A DNA stretch of 64,000 nucleotides from Octopus bimaculoides (Eukaryota). The DNA is taken from the NCBI RefSeq assembly GCF_001194135.2, contig NC_068996.1, forward strand, positions 22,154,134 to 22,218,133. Direction: 5' to 3'. A program made the translations under genes and the position numbers. Position 1 is the first letter of the stretch; each line of letters opens with the position of its first letter. The notes beneath the pieces were generated by a model. That model was not told the DNA's origin, did not search any database, and was given only the letters and a program-made list of their open reading frames with translations. Positions 30,926-43,837 of the stretch are shown here, one piece after another.

Positions 30926-33699
30926 ACATAAAGTTATTAATTTTAAAATAAAAGTATACTTTTCTTAGGCTTAAATGATAGAAAAATGTATGAGGAATTC
31001 AGAGTCGTTAGTCACATTGAACAAAAATTAGTAGAAGAAAAGTTATTGGGTGAAATGCCATGAAGTAAGGAAGTAACGCTTCAGCTATAAGAATAAAGAA
31101 TATATTGCTAAAATCAATACTTACTTTCTAAGGTGTTGAGCTGGCAGAAATGTTAGCGTGCCAGACAAAATGCTTAGTGATATTTTGCCAAATTCCACTG
31201 AGGTCAACTTTGCTTTTTATCTATTTCGGATCTATTCAATTTGACATACAAATTATTTGATTAATTTTTTTTAACTAAACACTTTGAAACTTCCGATACT
31301 GGTACAATGTGTCACATACAACAGGGTTTACTCTTAACGTTTTTGACAAAATTTTGTATTTTAGAAGTTATTTCATCATAAGTTACAGAGTGACAATGGA
31401 CAAATTTGTGTTTGATAAGTTCCAATACATAACACTCTCAGCTTTTGACTTACTCCCTAACTTCTGCCAATGATATATATACATATTATACATATATGTG
31501 TAAAAACATCTCATCACGTAATCAAACCAATGGAAGAACCTCTACCTGGTTGCTCAACACGCTAAAAATAGCAGCCAATGTATTTGGACCCAGTATTTTA
31601 TAAGGTAAAAATCTAAATTATTAATTGACACATTATTAATTATCTTATAAAATGGATTACATGGAAAAATGCAAGCATGAAAAGTCATATTCTTAAGATT
31701 ATAAACCTGGAAAAGTACAGGACAAATTATTACACCTGTAAAAGTACAGGACAAGCTATTACTTCAAGTCAAGTAAAGAATAAGAAACTTTTTACTTAAA
31801 ATATTGAAGCTAAAATTAAAATTTGAATATTAAAAAATATTTTATTATAGTTTACAAATAACACTACACTTGTTTAAGTAGAATTTGGCTAATTTATTAT
31901 CTTAAATACAGAGAAAAGTGACTAATTAGACAAACTTACAAATTAGCTGAACAGTTTTGTACAATAAATTTAATAGATGAGAACTGTAAAGAGTAATAAT
32001 TTAGAAGAATTGGCATTCCTTGCTGCAATATTTTAAGTAAAGTTTCTTATTATTTTAAACCTTGGGAGAGGCATTATGCCGGTAATAAACACACGCACTG
32101 GTTCGGTCCTTTGTTTATTCATAAACAGTATTTAGTCTTTTTTTTTTTTTTTGTTAAATCATTTCATTGCACTTCTTGCAATCTCTTCAGTAACCCGTCT
32201 CTCCACTTCCATTTATTTTTAATATATGATTCAGCGTTGTTTTGAAATTGTCCGGTATGAGCATGTGAGTGTGTGCACGCTCATATACTTTTACAGGTGT
32301 AATAACTTGTCTTGTACTTTTCCAGGTTTATAATCTTAAGAATATTACTTTTCGTGCTTGCATTTTTCCATGTAATATATATCTATGTATGTATATGTAC
32401 CTTTGTGTCCCTGTCCCCCACCACTGCTTGACAACTGGTATTGATGTGTTTACATCCTTGTAACTTAGTGGTTTGTCAAAAGAGACTGATAGATAAGTAC
32501 AAGGCTATAAAAAAAATAAATAAATAAATAAGTACTGATTTGTACAACTGAAATTCTTGAAGGCAGTGTTCCCCAGCATGGCTATCGTCTGACTAAAACA
32601 AGTAAAAGAAAAGAGGACAAAAATAAATATGTCACTGAAAGGAATAGAAGAGATTTAACATTTCAGGTAAAGACATAGGAGAGAAATAGAAATGATACTG
32701 AATTTATAACAGTTCTATATTGTAAGTTTGGTGTAAAAAGTAAGCTCTAAAGTGAGACAGCAAGATTCAAAGTGGAAACAGAACTTGGGTCATTGTGGCA
32801 GTAAGTGAAGAAAGAAAGAGGGGGAGAAGAAGGTTACTGTGAGAGTAAGTGAAGATTGGGAGGGGAAAGAGTGGGCTATTGTGTGGATGAGTGAAGGAGA
32901 GACTGTGGTTGGAGGCAGGGGTGAAATGCATGATTGAATGTGTAATGTTGTAGCATCTAAGTTCATGTATCTGTGCATGCAACAGTCACCCTTTTAATAT
33001 ACTTTTTTTAATATAATTCAGAATGTAAATAAAGGCAGTTTTCTATGCTGAACTGCATTGAGGCAAGCAGAGCTGTGTTGGCCAGAGGCTGCAATAGAGG
33101 AATGTGTTAAAGAGACATATGAAGAACTTTGTCATTTCCCCAGACACCTAGTGAGAGCAGGCCCTGTAGTGCAATGACTGACACCAATAGCTGAAGCTCT
33201 TTACAAAAAAGCACATAAGAGGCATCATTTCTCTGTTGGGTCAAGTAACTTCACCTGCAGCAGATGTCATCACTGCTGCTGCAGAACAAGAGCAGGACTT
33301 ATAGCCCACATGTGAGCCTGCCAGAGATGATCACCAAACAAGAACAGTCAATGTAAACCAATTGACAGACAGCCAAACAAGAAAAAATGTATGTACACAC
33401 TGACACAAACACATGCATACATAAAAATACACTAGTGGTTATGCTGTGCATATATGTTGTAATAGGTTTATGCAATATGGATGTATAGGACAAGTGTGTA
33501 GTAAATGAAGTCTGTCTGTGCATGATGTGTATATGTGGTATGCTAAGGTGAGAAATGTGGGTAGAAATAGTTGGTTGAAAATGTGCTTCTGTAAGTGTGA
33601 AGTGAGTAATTGTGTGTGTGTAGTACATTCAATCAATGTCAGTTGAGTGTGTATAGTATGTGAGATTTATGCAAAAACATGGTATATCACAGGTAGGTG

Positions 33700-34650
33700 C
33701 AATATAGGAGAATAGATTATGGTAACAATAGGATGCAATTATGTGAATGTATTTGGGCTATCCATGTCTGGGGAGGTGGTGCAACTGAGATAGAAGATAA
33801 AGTTCGTTTTTTTTTCTTTTTTTTTTGTGACAGCAAGAAGTAGGGAAGCCATGATATGAAACAAATATCACAGATTAGTGACAGATGAGTTGAAGTGACA
33901 CCTAACAGGTAATGTGATCTTGAAGCAGATGTGATCATCTAAACCTACTCCTGTTTTTCCAAGAGACTGGAAAAGTTAACTCAGATGGCCTCTGCAATGA
34001 TGGGAAGATGATGGAAAAGAATGGCATAATCAAGAAAGAATTGAAAACGCATTGTAATCAGCGATATATATAAACATTCAATAATTTGGTCGACATTGGT
34101 GACATTTAAGACAATAGATGAAATTTCTGATGGTACAGGTGAAATGCTGAGGGATAAGAAAGTGATATTGAGTCCAAAGAGTGGAATAATGTTATAGATA
34201 TTAGAGCATATGTTGCATTAAGCTCAAGAGCAGAGGAAAGATTTAGGTTGAGTGCTAGGAAGGCTTTAAGAGCTACAAACTGGTCGTGCAAATTGGAGTA
34301 TGTTTGAAAAATAGTAGAAGACATTCTCAGAATAAGGGTGGGGTAGTAGGAGATGGGAAATGTGCAAGATGGACATTGAAAAGATGAGGAACAAAGACAG
34401 GCGATCAAGTGTTGTTAAAGCAGAGATTCAATCAGTGTTATGGGCATAGAGGTGGGTATTATTGGCAATATTCTGGGGGTTAACCACAATGCACAAACTA
34501 GAAGGCTATCAGATGAGATTGGGTCTCTACAGAATTGGCAAATTTGTCAAAATTATGAATAGGGGATGGAAGATATAGAGTGCTTGCAGTGGGAAGAGAT
34601 AAAATGAGGTAAAAGAGGGAGTCAGTTTATAGAAAACATGTAGAGAGGGA
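33700..34650 (-). mobile_element. Highly degenerate LINE-like remnant (possibly endonuclease region)
   Basis: Purine-skewed non-repetitive sequence with broken frames; family not assignable. Confidence 0.3.
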
Positions 34651-35644
34651 GAGGTCTAGTAGTCAATTGTGACAAGGAAATTGATAGGTAACACTGTGAA
34701 AGTGTTGCTTTAACTTTTGAGCATTTAAACTGGCCCAAAATTCTATCTGTTTTATGTTCATATCAGCCAGATCTGGTCTCTTATACCAACCCAACAACAT
34801 CATTATAGAAACAATTACACTATTGTGATATTCAGGCAACAAGATAATGCATGGTTAATTCAAAATGATGTAATTAAATAAGCATTATGTTCAAGCATTC
34901 ACATTAAATTAATGTGGATGCTCAAAAGTTAAAAAACCAGAATGGTTCCCTAAGAGACATTACAGACATTGGTAACAGCATCCAGGTTTACAAAATAAGG
35001 GGCAGAAAAACCATCAAGAGTAACACTGGTGTACTAGTGTTGTGTAAACACACTCGTGCCACTGCTGCATAAATGCAACCATGCTAGTGGCATGTGAAAA
35101 ACACCCAGCACAGTCTGTAAAAGTGTTTGTGTTAAGAAGAGCATTTCATTGTAGAAACCATACCAAGACAGACAACTGGAGTCTAGACAGCTCCCCAGCT
35201 GGCCAACTCCAGTCAAACTGCCTGACCCTTGCCAGCATTGAAAACATGTTAAATGATGATGATAATGATAGTAACTGTTTGATCTCTGTGCAGGTCTAAA
35301 ATATGGGAGCACAAAAGACAAGGACTATGAACTAGAGGCCTCTAGAAGGAAGTGTAATTTGAAATATTCATGAGGTTGCATATGAGTTTAAGAGCACCAA
35401 AGATTTGGAGGTGACTGTCATAACATTAATTTTGAAAATAGAATCATATCTTTCAACACTGAAATGTAACCATTCCATACAGGTCAAGAAATAACAACAC
35501 TTTTGTTACCATATTTACGTTGAAACACATTCCCTTTGTTTCAATTAATTTTGAAAATAATGAAGAATATGGTAAAATAACTTTGTTGTCATTTTAAGCT
35601 AATGTTTGGGACAAATTAACTTGCAATTTTGATGAAAATTTTAA

Positions 35645-36013
35645 TTTACTCTTTTACTTGTTTCAGTCATTTGACTGTGGCCATGCTGGAGCACCACCTT
35701 TAGTCAAATAAATCGCCTAGGACTTATTCTTTGTAAGCTTAGTACATATTCTATCGGTCTCTTTTTGTCAAACTGCTAAGTGACGGGGATATAAACACGC
35801 CGACATTGGTTGTCAAGCAATGGGGCGGGGGGACAAACACAGATACAAACAACAGGCTTTTTTCAGTTTCTGTCAACCAAATCCACTCACAAGGCTTTAT
35901 CGGCCTCAGGCTATAGTAGAAGACACTTGCCCAAGGTGCCACGCAGTGGGACTGAACCCGAAACCATGTGGTTGGGGAGGCAAGCTACTTACCACACAGC
36001 CACTTTTGTGCCT
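35645..36013 (-). mobile_element. SINE family A nested in a piggyBac-like MITE (family P2, ~35500-36090)
   Basis: P2 internal sequence (tttgaaaataatgaagaat...ttttaattta) resumes after the SINE and ends ggtatcaaaagggataa. Confidence 0.75.
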
Positions 36014-37280
36014 GTGTTAATTTAAAAACAGAAAGCTTATCTTGTAGAACCAGGGGCAGTTTCAGGTAGGTTGGTATCAAAAGGGATAAACAAGTGAATC
36101 ATCGAAATACAAACATACTACTAAACTTTTTTTTTTAGTTGAGTCTGGAGGGAAGGATAGCCTTTGGTGTTTACAGGTGCTCCAAGTGGAGTGATTGAGT
36201 GGGAGGGAGATTCTTTGACAANNNNNNNNNNCAAACATACTACTAAACTTTTTTTTTTAGTTGAGTCTGGAGGGAAGGATAGCCTTTGGTGTTTACAGGT
36301 GCTCCAAGTGGAGTGATTGAGTGGGAGGGAGATTCTTTGACAATACCAGTATAAACTGCCTAATTTATCAAATCAATTAGAATGTATGGGAGGGTGCTGA
36401 AAAGTTTCTAGTTTTGGGTAAAAGAAAATACAGAGGGATCAGGTAATTATGATTCAATATATTCCCTTCTCAGATTAACACACTTATTGCAGCAGTCCCT
36501 CAGTTTTTCTAAGCCCTGTAAAAGAACTCAGAAGGTTGGGCCTCCAACCAGCCTTTCACGATACTCTTAAAACCAGGGACTTTTCAGGAATCCTTCATAA
36601 TTCTAGACAAGGAAAAAATATAAATCAGAGTCCTTAACTACATGGTTTGGGGTTCAGTTTCACATTGAAGCACCTCATGCAAGTGTCATCTACTGGTCTA
36701 ACAATGCCTTGTGAGTTAATTTCTATCACAAACCGTGTGGAAGCCCATTGCATGTATGTGTGTATTGATCTCTCACTGCTTAACAACCAGTGTTGGTTTG
36801 TTTAAGTCCCTGTAACTAAGATTTTGGTTCAGTAAAAAGAGACTTAAAAATAAAGTATTGGGGTGTCAATTTGAGTAAAAAGCTCTTCAAGGTGATGCCC
36901 CTGTATGGTCATGGTCCAACAGCTGAAACAACTAAAAGAATAAACAAACAAAAACAAAAACAACTTGTAGACAACAAATTTATTCCAAATTTGGAAGAAT
37001 GCAACAGATGTGCATACAAGTAAGATTATGATGTATCAATAGTACAGACTGGCCTTTTTTAGTGTATAGAAATCGGGAAATGAGGGCCACATTACCTGTA
37101 GTCTATCAATTATATATAATTATACATATATAATATATTCAAAATTTAGTTTTTCATGTCAACAGTCAAGTTTTAATATTTGTGATGTAATTTTTTTCTT
37201 TCATATTTTTTTTTTCATATTTTTTTCCTTTTTCCAAATAAAGAAGATATTTTCTCGACATTTTCTCAAATAATTTTGTT

Positions 37281-37326
<46 letters not shown>

Positions 37327-39017
37327 TATATATAAAGAAAACATATATATATAAAGAAGACATATTTCCAATTTAATTTCCATATAAAGAATATAAAGAA
37401 GATAAACAAAAACAAAAAAATATTTGCATATTCCAAGGCACTAAGATGATGACTGAACCCAAATAAATTCTTCAAAAAAATTTTTTTAAATAAAAAAAGA
37501 ACATCGTTTCAAGTACTTGACAAACATGAACCATAATTTAACATATTCCACAACTACATACAATAGTCATTCTTTCTTATTCCGATGTATTTCATGAGAT
37601 TAATCAATAATATAATTTTGTAATTCAGTTGAAAAAAAAAAGTATCTAAAAGTGTTTAAAAAACAAAATATAATTTTGTTAGTGTCATTTGTACAGATTT
37701 CTGTAGATACATCTTAAACTGATGAAGATTGGTTGTTTTACATCTGTTTTCCCATGCTGGCATGGGTTAGACAATTACATATCACTGAGACACGGTTTTA
37801 CAACCAGGTTTCCTTCTGGGCACAAAATCCTTACCAGTTTTTCCAATAAAGGATTTTCATTTATTCCACATGCCTTTGAAAATCCAAAAACAACAGATGG
37901 CTGATTGACAGAGAATGACAACAAGCTTTGTTGTTTGTAGCTCATGGCACAATATAAACTTTCACACACACACACAATAGGCATTATACAGTTTTCCTCT
38001 ACTAAATGCACTCACAAGACAATAATTAGCTGTAGAAGATACTAACAAGGTACTGCACAGAGACGGATCGCAAAACTGTGCAGCTGAAGAGTGAGCATCC
38101 TAACCATATCCCTATGCCTTGCATACTTAACTTTCAGAGTCTCCATGCTAATTAAAGAGAAAAATATAGAGTAGAGAGGTATCTTGCAATTTATATAGAT
38201 TATAATCTCATAATATGATTAGCAATGTTTGTGTACTTTCAATGTGTTTATTTTTCTGGATAAAACTTGATTATAGTTCAGTATATATGCTGTGGTACCA
38301 CATCAGTGACCTGGTTACAGTTGGTGCAACAAATATTCTGGCACCAAAGAATAAGTGAGCAATTTTTGTGTGCTCTTTAAAGACTTAATGTGTCTTCCAT
38401 GCTGTAACTGTTTTAGTTTCAACACACAGTTTCAGATCAAACCACCTACCTCGCAAGTACAACTTTGAAATTTTATATATATTTTCTGTCTATGAGCATG
38501 CATACATACATACATACATACCGGTTTTAAATTTTAGCACAAGGCCAGCAATTTCAGAGGAGAGCTTAAGCTGATTATATTGACCCCAATACACAACTGG
38601 TACTTATTTCATCAACCCCAAAAGGATGAAAGGCAAAGTAAACTCCAGTGGCATTTGAACTCGGGATGAAAAAATCATACATACAGACTTATTGAAAAGT
38701 GGTTAAAAGTTTCCATACAAGTTGTATTATATAAACAGAAAATGATTGAAAATGCAGAATAACATTAAAACAATTATATTTTCCAGACAAACTAAAAAGA
38801 CAAAATAAAAAATAAATAAATGTATTAGTTCATTTACATATATTAGATCTTTTTACCTGTACCAGTTTCACTTATCCAAAGAGCTTATCAAAGAAAAGCA
38901 AGAAAGTAGATACAATAGTTGAATTACATTGAGGTGAATTTGGAGCTGGAGGGGGTCAGGTTACAAGACAAAAAGTGTTCAGTAAAGAATTGCTTTGTTG
39001 TCTTTTAATTTTTCTTA

Positions 39018-39430
39018 GGCGCAGGAGTGGCTGTGTGGTAAGTAGCTTGCTTACCAACCACATAGTTCCGGGTTCAGTCCCATTGCATGGCACCTTGGGC
39101 AAGTGTCTTCTTCTATAACCTCGGGCCGACCAAAGCCTTGTGAGTGGATTTGGTAGACGGAAACTGAAAGAAGCCTGTCGTATATATGTATATATGTATG
39201 TCTGTGTATATGTTTGTGTGTCTGTGTTTGTCCCCCCAGCTTCGCTTGACAACCAATGCTGGTGTGTTTGCGTCCCCGTAATTTGGCGGTTCGGCAAAAA
39301 GAGACCGATAGAATAAGTANNNNNNNNNNNNNNNNNNNNNNNNNNNNNNNNNNNNNNNNNNNNNNNNNNGACTAAAGGCAGTGCCCCAGCATGGCCGCAG
39401 TCAAATGACTGAAACAAGTAAAAGAGTGAA
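39018..39430 (+). mobile_element. SINE family A, young full copy spanning an N gap
   Basis: Near-consensus head, core and tail. Confidence 0.88.
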
Positions 39431-40512
39431 AGAGAGAGAGAGTAATTACATTTATTTTAATGTTATTGTGTATTTTCATCCAAATTTTATTTATAAAACC
39501 TGGAAGTACAATTTAAGATATATTACAAAAGAACAAATAATTAAAAAAATGAAATTGTTTCTAATTTATGCACAGGGTCGGCATTTTGGAAAGGAGGGGT
39601 TTAGTCAATGACATTAACTCAGGTTCTCAGAGGGATGAAAGGTAAAGTTGGCTACGGCAGGATCAAAAGGAGCAATAAAATGAGATAATACACAAAAATG
39701 TTCATCTAACAACCTTTCAAACACTAATGATGGTGGTGGTGGTGGTGGTGGGGTCTTTCTCCTGTTTGTTTTGTTTGTTTTTTTTTCCTGTAAAGCTGAA
39801 ATACCTTTGCTAGTGTTAAAATACTGCAATAAATAATTTTAATGTTTTAGGTCTGTCATGAGCCTTAGGATTCATAGGACCAGAGATTAACTCAGTTTCC
39901 ATAGAGTGTAAGTGACTGAAATTACAACAATTTCCACTGAATGGGACAATAGTCTATCACAAGAGTAACTTCCTAGCTATTGATGGAACTCATTTACAGC
40001 AGAGCAGACAAGAGTGACATGAACTGAAGTGTTTTAGACAATAACACATTGTACCACCCACTCCAGGAATCAAAACTATGATCTTATGATTGTGAATACA
40101 ACACTCAAACCATTAAGCTACAAACCTTCAATTTTAATGCTTAGATAATATTAATAAAAAATGCTTAACCTTTAAATTAAATGACTTAAAATAAAAAGAA
40201 CAGCAATATTATATAATATATTATTATGATTATATTTAACTCTTAAATTTATATCAGAAAAATTAGAAAAAAAAAACTTTAAAACAAGAACATAAATTTA
40301 AGTCAGAGTACAAATTATGTAAGATTTTTGTGCAACCCTGAGCATGTCTAATAAAACAGGCATGGTGCATGGTTAAGAACTTTACTCCACAATCACCTGG
40401 ATCCAGGTTCAATCTCACTGCACAGTACCTTGATTAAGAGTTTCTACCATAGTTTTAAGTTAATACCTTGAGTGGAATTTGGTAGACAGTAACTACACAA
40501 GAACCTTTACTA

Positions 40513-40548
<36 letters not shown>

Positions 40549-41046
40549 CAAAGTGCAATTTAAGTTTAAATTGCATGACAACCAGTATTTAAAACCCATG
40601 TGCATTCCTAATTATGTTATTGTACTTGTGTCATTTAGTATGAATTCAGTGTTTTGAAATACCAGAGTACGTGAAGAAAATGAAATAAAGAGATTGATGA
40701 TTGCTTATATTTAGTTACAGCATCTTACGTGGGTTTCATTTACAAAAAATGATTATTAGTTACATAAACATCCAATATATTATATATAACATTACTGGAC
40801 TGTTGAAATGTCAACAGAAGTAACCACCATAAGGACAGTTACACAGTTGCTCACTATCCTTATGATAGCTACTTGTTAACAATTCAATCTAGTAATGTTA
40901 TCTACAAAGATTACATGTCTCTGAAGATTTGACAATATGTTTTCATTGCGTAATTTACAATATATAACCAATAATCATATTTTACTAAACATACGCAAGA
41001 TGGGCAAACTAAATATCTTATAGATAGATAATCTCCTCGTTTGCTT

Positions 41047-41086
<40 letters not shown>

Positions 41087-41175
41087 TTTTAAGTTTCAGT
41101 CCATGCTGGAGCATGTTAGTGAAGAGGTTTATATAATATTTTACTTTAGTCAAGTCAGTTTCTTCTTAATCTAAA

Positions 41176-41254
41176 TTTCATTTGTGGGTGCACAGGGTCT
41201 TCAGACAAGTTATGACTTAACCTACCTTAAGACCCTGTGCACCCACAGGTGAAA
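41176..41254. ncRNA. Pre-miRNA-like stem-loop (candidate)
   Basis: 26 bp arms fully paired on + strand if two G:U pairs are allowed; 27 nt loop. Confidence 0.4.
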
Positions 41255-41984
41255 CTCAAGAGTAGCAACAGACTAATGTGACCAAAATAAAATATTAACC
41301 CCTACTATGTGTGCATGTGTGAATGCATGTGTGTATCTTTCATTAAAATAAATTGGTAAGGAAATCAGAAAAAAAAGTGCTTAGAGTAAAGGTATTAGCC
41401 CATGTCACTTTCATTGCCATAAGAGCAATGAATCAGTGACTGACCTTCAGAAACCTGTAACAGATGACAACCTTGTTCCCAATCACAAAAAAAAAAAAAA
41501 ATTTAAAAAATAAATATATAAATAAATAAATAAATAAAGTTCTCATTGACTCTTTGGCAATGGAGTTGGTGCAAAGGGGTTAAGAGATGAGCCAGATGAA
41601 AAAAACAATATCTATCCAGACTACCGAAGCCGATATACTCCCATGGAATATGATGCAGGGCTGTTAATAATACACCAAGGCTTAAATCAATTGACTATTC
41701 ATCTTTTAATTTATTATTTCATCATTTTAAAAACTGAGAATTTGGCTTATATATATATAAATGTTTGATACAAAATTATTTTTAGAAATGAAAAAAAGAT
41801 ACAATTCAAAACATTAAAAAAAAATATGTAAAGTATTCTTCCTTTAAATTTTTACTTTATACACACACATATATCTAGCCAAAAAATTCATAAACAAAAA
41901 CAATTTAAAACCAAACTTAAGTATCAAGTTTGTAACACTGACAAAAGTAACAAAATTACTCTAAATTATGTAACATTGACATAG

Positions 41985-42118
41985 ATTAATAATAATAGTA
42001 ATAATAATGATGAGAATAATAAAATGATAATGCAGCAATGATAAATATATTTCTCTAAGCAACAAGAATAATAGTAGTTGTAGCAGCAGCAGCAATAATA
42101 ATAATAGTAATAATAATG

Positions 42119-42150
<32 letters not shown>
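41985..42150. repeat. Compound (AAT)n/(CAG)n/(TAG)n trinucleotide microsatellite
   Basis: Directly visible. Confidence 0.9.
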
Positions 42151-42152
<2 letters not shown>

Positions 42153-42639
42153 TTTATCACAGTAGTTAGTACATTATACAAAGAAAACTGGCAAATATTA
42201 ATATATTTATAATTCAGTTTGGGAATATTTTAATGAGAAGAAAACAGAATTTTGTGTCATGGCTTTATAAGGAATTTGGCAGCAAATATCTTTTTCTAAA
42301 AAAAAAAAGAATAAGTGTGAAAATATTTCAAAATAAAAAAAAAATCTCATAAAATGTTGACAAAACAATTCATTTATATGGACAATACAAACACACACAC
42401 ACACACATTCATCAATCAAAAAGAGCAAAATTCAAACAATTTTTATGAATGTGAATATCTTTTGCATATGCACAAGTACATAGGTATACACACACACACA
42501 CACATAATGTATAGTTTACATCAAAATAATTTAGAAGCTTCAAGAGGTGTGAAATAACTTAACGGATGAACTTGCACTTGATAAATGATAGCAAGGAAAT
42601 ATTGGGATAAAAGACCCTTTGCAGAGATAAATTCATAAG

Positions 42640-42711
42640 ATTGCTTTAATCCAATGGTAAAACATCTGTCATTTTTAACGGAAGATGTAGGTTCAAGTCC
42701 CACAGGCAGTC
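42640..42711 (+). pseudogene. tRNA-like sequence or tRNA pseudogene (Lys-like, TTT-rich loop)
   Basis: 7 bp acceptor stem ATTGCTT/AGGCAGT, anticodon stem TCTGT/ACGGA with 8 nt loop, B box GGTTCAAGTCC at 42690-42700, TTTTT at 42718-42722; D stem unpaired. Confidence 0.55.
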
Positions 42712-42807
42712 TTCAACTTTTTCTATCCAATAGGTTTTTTTAACCACATATTTACAGGCTATCATTTATAGCATTACCTAACTTGTGTTCCACCATTGAA
42801 AATGAAT

Positions 42808-42839
<32 letters not shown>

Positions 42840-42889
42840 TATTTGTGCATGTGTGTTGATATACTTGTTTCCAAATATAAATATAGAAA

Positions 42890-42892
42890 CAC

Positions 42893-42968
<76 letters not shown>
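42890..42968. repeat. (TA)n followed by (GATA)n microsatellite
   Basis: Directly visible. Confidence 0.95.
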
Positions 42969-43604
42969 TGTATGTGCATACTGAGAAGCAGACACACAGT
43001 CACAAAGATATGCATGTACACAAACACTCAAAAATATGTTCTTAGGTATTTAAACAATAAACTTTGAATTTTGCTACATTTTCCCACAAAATCAAGGAAA
43101 TATTGTTTATATATNNNNNNNNNNNNNNNNNNNNNNNNNNNNNNNNNNNNNTATATATATATATATATATGGTGATCCATGTATATATATGTTGATATAA
43201 ACATATGCATGTAGATACATATAATATATATGTACATATACATGATTGTATGTGTGCGCATGCATGCACATCTCCTTAAAACATGAATATACCCAAGATA
43301 GGTTTGTAAATACAACTACATGTATGCACATATGTATAAACAAACACACAGAATTTGGTAGATAATCAACAGAAAACCACTGCATTACATGTATGCATGC
43401 TATGCAAAGTTTCCACTGATGTATATTGGCTAATATCTACAATGATGATGCCAAACACCAGCAGTTTACTAATGAAGCCTCTTTAGATAGTTGTTGAGTA
43501 GTACGAAGACTGACACTCCCTTGTCACTCTGGTCAGCATGAATTAGTGATTGGCCTGTTTGGGAATGGTAAACTTTGATAAAGTTCTTTTTACAAACTAT
43601 TATT

Positions 43605-43657
<53 letters not shown>

Positions 43658-43806
43658 GTGTTACAACACTATTCCACATATACAAAAACAGCCAAACCAA
43701 CAATCCAACATATCTCCATCATCAGCTACCCAACAGATATCATTATGGTTTCGACACCTGGACAGTACCATTCAATGTGTATGTGCAAGTATGTGTGTAT
43801 GCATAT

Positions 43807-43837
<31 letters not shown>

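Noticed and set aside
36110-36343. 112 bp direct duplication
   Set aside because: Two identical copies flank a 10-N gap (36222-36231), typical of unmerged contig overlap.
43440-43515. C/D snoRNA-like ATGATGA...CTGA
   Set aside because: No terminal stem or recognisable guide, and ATGATG is ubiquitous here from retroposon tails.
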